A stretch of DNA of 64,000 nt from positions 1,632,001-1,696,000 of the forward strand of contig OY729426.1 of assembly GCA_963422365.1 (NCBI GenBank), written 5' to 3'. The stretch is from Nitrospirales bacterium. Its GTDB lineage: Bacteria; Nitrospirota; Nitrospiria; Nitrospirales; UBA8639. Each line of letters starts with the position of its first letter. Within the stretch, counting starts at the first letter, position 1. Below, piece by piece: positions 58,621 through 64,000 of this stretch. Both the position numbers and the translations under genes were made by a program. The notes under the pieces are model-generated. The model made no database searches, had not been told where the DNA came from, and worked only from the letters and a program-made list of their open reading frames with translations.

Positions 58621-60597
58621 ATGTTTCAACGGCAACGAACTTTTCTTCTTTTGCTTCTGGTCATGATAGCTGGTAGTCCGACTGATTTGTGGGGGATATC
58701 GAGGAACGAAGCCTTTCATCTTGGTCGTCCCCCTACGGCCGAGGAAATCCGAGCCTGGAATATTGACGTGGCGCCGGATGGCGAAGGATTGCCGGTTGGC
58801 AAGGGTACGGTGCAGGAAGGAGCGGACGTGTATGCCGAGTACTGTGCACGTTGTCATGGTGCAACCGGTGCGGAAGGTCCCATGCCCAAGCTGGTTGGCG
58901 GGCAGGGCACGCTTGCGAGCGCTCACCCTCTGAAAACGGTCGGCAGTTATTGGCCGTATGCAACGACCGTGTTTGATTATATTTATCGTGCGATGCCGTT
59001 TGTTGCGCCGCAGTCTCTGACGCCCGATCAGGTGTATGCCGTGACAGCCTGGATTTTGTGTCAAAATGGACTGTTGGGAACAGACGCCGTGCTTACTCAA
59101 GAGACGCTTCCCGAGGTTCGGATGTTGCATCGCGACGGCTTTGTCCCCGATCCTCGTCCGGATGTAACCCGATCGCGTTCTCACCAAACAACCGCTTCCT
59201 CACTCGGTGAGATTGCTTTTCCCACTTCGGGTTCTCGAGAAGCCCAACTCCCGTTTCTTCAGGGGGTGTTGTTATTACACAACTTTGAATATGACGACGC
59301 CCAAGCGGCATTCCAGCAGGCGCAGCATCTTGACCCTGATTTTGCGATGGCCTACTGGGGAGAGGCCATGACGATGACCCACCCCCTGTGGGGGGAGCAA
59401 GACTTGCAACAGGCTTTGGATATTTTACAGCGATTGGCTCCCACCCCGAAGCAGCGATTGGCCGCGGCTCAGACCACACGAGAACAAGGTTATCTGCGAG
59501 CGGTCGAGGCATTATATGGCGAGGGCGATAAGAAACAACGCGACCAGGCGTACATGGCTGCCATGCAAGCTCTTGCTCAACAATTTCCTGAAGATGATAA
59601 CGCCAGGGCATTGTATGCGCTGTCAATGTTGGGTTCCGCACAAGGCAAACGAGTGGAAACACTTTATCTTAAGGCCGCTTCCATTGCCCAAGCCGTTTTT
59701 GAGAGAAATCCACGCCATCCCGGTGGCGTTCATTATCTTATTCATGCGCTGGATGATCCGGCTCATGCTTCCATGGCCGTGGGTGCGGCACGTGCCTATG
59801 CCGACATTGCCTCGGCGGCCCCTCATGCCCAGCACATGCCCTCGCATATTTTTATGGCATTAGGCCTGTGGGATGATGTCATCCGAACTAATAAGAGGAG
59901 TTGGGCGGCGAGTGAGCAGCGGCGAGTCCGTAAAGGGTTAGGCGTGGAGAAGCGTTCTTATCACGTGGCCCATTGGCTGATGTACGCGTTGCTTCAGCAG
60001 GGTCGCGTGGAAGAAGCCAAGCCCTTTCTCAGCATGGTTGAGGAGGATGCCGGACAGGTGAGGTCTCGGGTTGTTCAGCGCTACCGAGCGGCCATGCGCG
60101 CGACATCTCTCATTGAGACCCGGGAGTGGGACGTGACCTGGCTCGATCGTGATTGGTCAGCCTTGCAGGTGTCCACGGCGATGAGTGAGTTATTTGCCAT
60201 TGGCATGAGTGCGGTCAAAACCGGACACGGGAAGGTGGCCAAACAGGTGCTGGATCAGTTCCGTCGGCAAATGGATCGTGCGATCAGTGAGGGATCGATG
60301 ACGCATGGACGATCAGGGAAAGTGATGAAGAACCAACTGTTCGCAATCATGTTGCTTGCGGAGGGAAAAGTTGACGAAGGGCTTGCGCTTTTGAAGGAAA
60401 CGGCCTCTTTGGAAGATACGATTCCTTTTGTTGCCGGTCCGGTGTTTCCAGTCAAACCGGCGCATGAGTTATTCGGTGAGGCGCTCTTGAGTCTGGGAAA
60501 ACGAGACGAGGCGCGACGCCAGTTTGCGTTGGCCTTAGAACGTGCGCCTAACCGAGCGTTGTCAGTTAAAGGGTTGGCGCGGACGACGACTCACTAA
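58621..60597 (+). CDS. SoxD-like monoheme cytochrome c fused to a TPR-like helical protein
   Basis: AGGAGG RBS; DVAPDGEGLP.G.G, CARCH, GSYWPYATT.FDYI.RAMP; then EIAFPTS...LLHNFEY...HYLIHA...HAQHMPSHIF domain. Confidence 0.8.
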   Translation: MFQRQRTFLLLLLVMIAGSPTDLWGISRNEAFHLGRPPTAEEIRAWNIDVAPDGEGLPVGKGTVQEGADVYAEYCARCHGATGAEGPMPKLVGGQGTLASAHPLKTVGSYWPYATTVFDYIYRAMPFVAPQSLTPDQVYAVTAWILCQNGLLGTDAVLTQETLPEVRMLHRDGFVPDPRPDVTRSRSHQTTASSLGEIAFPTSGSREAQLPFLQGVLLLHNFEYDDAQAAFQQAQHLDPDFAMAYWGEAMTMTHPLWGEQDLQQALDILQRLAPTPKQRLAAAQTTREQGYLRAVEALYGEGDKKQRDQAYMAAMQALAQQFPEDDNARALYALSMLGSAQGKRVETLYLKAASIAQAVFERNPRHPGGVHYLIHALDDPAHASMAVGAARAYADIASAAPHAQHMPSHIFMALGLWDDVIRTNKRSWAASEQRRVRKGLGVEKRSYHVAHWLMYALLQQGRVEEAKPFLSMVEEDAGQVRSRVVQRYRAAMRATSLIETREWDVTWLDRDWSALQVSTAMSELFAIGMSAVKTGHGKVAKQVLDQFRRQMDRAISEGSMTHGRSGKVMKNQLFAIMLLAEGKVDEGLALLKETASLEDTIPFVAGPVFPVKPAHELFGEALLSLGKRDEARRQFALALERAPNRALSVKGLARTTTH

Positions 60598-60920
60598 ATG
60601 GTTTCGGGACACGGGGAGGCGCTTTTGGAAGAAACCGTAGGATTATTCGTTTGCGGGTGGAGTTCTTTGATGCTGTCCCACGAGGGGGGATTTGTGTGAA
60701 GGGATTGCAGCTCTTTGCGCCTCGTGAACCACTCGATTGCGCAATACACGCCTAGACTCGCCAAGAGACCGACTAAGATCACGGTGCTCTTTTGAGTCGT
60801 CATGGTGTCATCTAAATAGCCCATGACGCTAAAAAACCCAAAACACACACACCACAAAAAAATGATCACGAACCGAAGAGCATGTTCCATTGAGATCTCA
60901 ACTTGTGTCATTCCTGACAT
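60594..60920 (-). CDS. Small hypothetical two-TM protein
   Basis: Two hydrophobic helices; start overlaps a dispersed repeat, so may be 60884. Confidence 0.45.
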   Translation of the reverse strand: MSGMTQVEISMEHALRFVIIFLWCVCFGFFSVMGYLDDTMTTQKSTVILVGLLASLGVYCAIEWFTRRKELQSLHTNPPSWDSIKELHPQTNNPTVSSKSASPCPETI

Positions 60921-61057
60921 TTGTCATCGGGAATCCAGTCCATGTGTAGGAACGCATCCCTGTTCGGGGACAGGGACATGCCTTATGCCGCCTCGCCGCC
61001 CTGAAGAAAGCGCCATGAGCCTGTCCTCCATGTCATTCTGAGCGAAGCGAAGAATCT
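60906..61057 (+). repeat. Two dispersed TGTCATTC-type repeats
   Basis: TGTCATTCCTGAC...CGGGAATCCAG (60906-60938) and TGTCATTCTGAGCGAAGCGAAGAATCT (61031-61057). Confidence 0.65.
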
Positions 61058-61193
61058 GCTTTTAATGGCCCTTTATCAACGGCTTCCTTGTTTCCCATTG
61101 TCCGGCTTTTGCGATTTTCACGCAAGTGAGATGAGAATGTGGTATCTGACGTCGTTCCTGAGCGCACGCGCGCGACTGTGAGGTGATCCTTTT

Positions 61194-62006
61194 TTAGTCC
61201 GCAAGCGGCTCATCAGATCTCCTGGCCCGATAGCCCGCGAGGTCCTCTTGGTCGATTTCTTCAGAGGGAAGAAGCCGATAGTGCTTCTCCAAAGAGATGA
61301 CGATTCCGTTATCGCCTTCCTCGAACTCGAAAAGCACAATGCGGTTGTTACGCATGAACTGGGCGGCGATCGGTCGGCAGATCAGGTTGGGAAACTTGTG
61401 TCCGCACAGCGCAATATCCTGTTCAATCTGTACCACGTTGAGTTGATCGGTCTTGCCCTTTGCCTGTACGGGAAAAACATAGTGTGCACCACGCCGGTCC
61501 ACTCCGATGTAGATTTCGTCTGTCTCGACTTGTCCAAGTTGTGGAGTCGTGGTGCGTAGATGGCTTTGCAACGGGTAACACGTCACTCGTGTAAAGATGT
61601 CCACGAGTCGGTTGTATCGTAACCTTGCCAGCAAGGCTTGTTCGTCATTCAGGGCATACATCGAGATCAGGCCAGGCGTTGCATCCGGTACTTTTGTCTC
61701 AGCCATGTGCTGCGTCGGTGTGATCTGAGCGAGATTGGTCGCCACAAACCGGTATTGTCCGCGGCCGGCCGGCCGGATAATCCACTCTTTGCCCTTGGGG
61801 GCGAGTTTTCGAATCGAAGACGGCAGCGAGACGCGGTAACGAAAGCTGTCAATGACGTCTCAGAGGTTTTTTGGCAGCCTGATGCCCAATTTTTCAGCAG
61901 CCTTCTCTATGTCGGACCAATTGAAAAGCACTTCTTGCTGATCCTTCTTGTGAATCGACAGGAAAATGTGCTCGATGATCTGCGTATATCGGTTAGGTTC
62001 TGCCAT
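61194..62006 (-). pseudogene. Putative restriction endonuclease with one in-frame premature stop
   Basis: MAEPNRY...LPKNL*DVIDSFRYR... continues in frame to a PD-(D/E)XK-like ETDEIY...VQAK; TGA at 61862-61860; adjacent to an MTase. Confidence 0.75.
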
Positions 62007-62028
62007 GGCTGTACGGACTTCCCGCGTA

Positions 62029-63408
62029 TTATCTTTTCCCCGGCCACCGCAGGACAAGAACTTCTTCCCGAAGTTGTTCTCTCGTTGCCGTTGCTCGTCT
62101 CGTCCGAAACAAGTCAACCCTGATCAGCTCATAGCCCTGTGATTGCGCGATGCCGGCCAGAACCTGTCCCGTGCGGATCATGACGCGCAGATAGGAAGCT
62201 TGATCTCCCAAGACGTAGGCTAACTTGGCTCCCGGCTTCAGAACGCGCTTCAGCGTCTCAAGATGTCTGGCCATGCCGCCGAAGTATAACTTCGTGACCC
62301 TGTGATACAGCCGTTCAAAGCCTGAGGTTTTGCCAAGCACTGTGCGCCGTTCTTCGATCTCGCGCGCAATGGATTCAATCTCTCCACGTCCTTGCATCCA
62401 GGCGTCATCGTCATCCGTTTTATAGACACTGCGCGTGTTGGATCGTACGAGGGTTTTCTTCAACGTCCGCAGGTCCGCCATGTTCTGTACGAAACCCAAG
62501 AGTACCGTTTCAAGCCGCGTTGTTCGCGAATAGTCCTTCTCATTGGGATAGGGAGGAGAGGTAATCACGGCATCGACCGACTCCGGTTCAAGTACCCCGG
62601 AAACGTGCCGCGCGTCAGCCAGAAATGCCTGCGCCGTTGCGCCATTTCTTCGGGGAAGCTGTTGGAGGTCTTCCGCAATGGCGTTGACGCGAGACAGCCA
62701 GGCACGTACGACTGGGGCGTCGTCTTTCCGCTTTCCCACACCGACCTCCGGGCCGAAGTGGAGGTTGCTGACGTCATCGACCAACGCTTTGGCCAGTGCC
62801 AATCGCTCATGTGCCAGGAATCGTTTGTCCCGTTCTTCTTCCAGGACGTTCATGAGAACCAACACCTTGTGGAGTGGCAATGGGCTAATGGAATTCTTGA
62901 GCAGGATTTTCTCCAATGCCGGCGGTAGGGTATGCAGCCTATTCGTAGAGCCCGGGGTTTCGGAAAAAAACAGAGCATCCTGAATGTCGTCGGTCTTGAA
63001 GCGGCGTAATGTTTTGTCGGCGACGCGTTGAGCATGCTCGGCCAGCCCATTGGGCGAAGGACTCCAATCCGTCTTTACGCAACTCGCAAAGTGAGCCATA
63101 GGCAAGGCCTCGATGCCGACACCCGAGATCCCCAACTTTTTGCTTTCGACAATCGTTGTTCCGGTTCCACAAAATGGATCGAGCACCAGCCCGCCGTGAG
63201 GGATGCCGAAGTCATCCAGATAGTCACGGACCAGATGGGGAGGGAAGGAAAGGACGAACCGATACCATCGGTGCGCGGCGCGGTCCTTGTTTTGAACTTT
63301 GTTGGCGTCCCAATTGTTGTATTCGCCAGGAGGCTCTTTGACTACCGTTTTTATTGCACGTGGCATCGCGTACCTTCTCATACCATTTCCCGTTCTAGAG
63401 TCTACCAT
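62029..63408 (-). CDS. Amino (N4-C/N6-A) DNA methyltransferase, alpha motif order
   Basis: Motif I LDPFCGTGTT followed by motif IV ITSPPY; start uncertain. Confidence 0.88.
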   Translation of the reverse strand: MVDSRTGNGMRRYAMPRAIKTVVKEPPGEYNNWDANKVQNKDRAAHRWYRFVLSFPPHLVRDYLDDFGIPHGGLVLDPFCGTGTTIVESKKLGISGVGIEALPMAHFASCVKTDWSPSPNGLAEHAQRVADKTLRRFKTDDIQDALFFSETPGSTNRLHTLPPALEKILLKNSISPLPLHKVLVLMNVLEEERDKRFLAHERLALAKALVDDVSNLHFGPEVGVGKRKDDAPVVRAWLSRVNAIAEDLQQLPRRNGATAQAFLADARHVSGVLEPESVDAVITSPPYPNEKDYSRTTRLETVLLGFVQNMADLRTLKKTLVRSNTRSVYKTDDDDAWMQGRGEIESIAREIEERRTVLGKTSGFERLYHRVTKLYFGGMARHLETLKRVLKPGAKLAYVLGDQASYLRVMIRTGQVLAGIAQSQGYELIRVDLFRTRRATATREQLREEVLVLRWPGKR

Positions 63409-63568
63409 GGCCTCGGGCCTCTGATGCCTTTCTGTCCGAATTCAGTCGCCATCAGACATCAGGCAGCCGACTGAAGGGCGGTAAGGCATTCGCATGGAGT
63501 CTTCAAGTCTAGGACCCAATCCTCGTCTGAGGATGCAAGAATTATGCCTGAACCATACCCGAGTTTTT

Positions 63569-64000
63569 TCATTTTTTCTTCAGGGCGTTGATTCGGGTTT
63601 CGTATTCCGCTGCTTCTTTTTCTCGATGGGTTTTTCTCAACAGCGCCACATAGTTCTTGAGTGTGCGGGCCACGGTTGGGTGTTCCTTGCCTAAAATTTT
63701 TTCATTGATCGCAAGGGCCCGAGCAAAGAGGGGTTCGGCTTTCGCGTAATTTTCTTGTGATAAATAGAGCAATGCCAAATTGTTGGCTAAATTCGCGATA
63801 TTTCTATGCTCCGAACCGAATTTTTTTTCGTTAATTTCCAAAGCCTGGACCAGGAAGGGTTCAGCCTTCTCGAATTGCCCTTGCAGGCGATAGAATTCGG
63901 CGAGCTTGGTCAGGCCTGGCACCAATCGTGGATTGTCCGGACCAAACGATTTTTCATGAATGTGTAACGCTTGTTTTAGCAGATCTTCGGCTTTGCCGTG
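63569..64000 (-). CDS. Tetratricopeptide repeat protein (5' end outside window)
   Basis: Repeats such as AEPLFARALAINEKILGKEHP.VA; frame open to window edge. Confidence 0.85.
   Translation of the reverse strand, partial: HGKAEDLLKQALHIHEKSFGPDNPRLVPGLTKLAEFYRLQGQFEKAEPFLVQALEINEKKFGSEHRNIANLANNLALLYLSQENYAKAEPLFARALAINEKILGKEHPTVARTLKNYVALLRKTHREKEAAEYETRINALKKK

Overview
Bacterial chromosomal window. Gene content points to Nitrospirota, and the FN3/Ig-repeat autotransporters suggest a host-associated (possibly sponge) lineage; both are inferences. The left 15 kb is conserved housekeeping: rpsP-rimM-trmD-rplS-rnhB-yraN, ftsEX-envC-ctpA, thiSGE, and a Pup-type proteasome operon (arc-dop-prcB-prcA...pafA) with no pup/ubact gene visible in the window. 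Two GC-rich giant surface-adhesin/autotransporter cassettes point away from each other and share a ~2.26-kb near-identical 3' end plus homologous 5' leaders. Cassette 1 (~12.5 kb, 18 tandem 285-bp repeats) splits prcA from pafA and has an internal frameshift. Cassette 2 has a C19-T-C12 homopolymer ahead of its signal peptide, suggesting phase variation. Right of cassette 2 lies a mosaic of relics: an almost fully paired ~75-nt tRNA-like four-way-junction RNA convergent on the stop codon of a decayed phage MuF-PBECR nuclease gene (top candidate for an undescribed RNA antitoxin/decoy), then a truncated cas2, an AT-rich leader and a single CRISPR repeat. The right third holds msrB, DsrE, EndoQ+UvrD, Aas, a tRNA nucleotidyltransferase, GH15, soxC with a SoxD-TPR fusion, and an R-M pair whose nuclease carries a premature stop. 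All family assignments are by eye from motifs; no searches were run.
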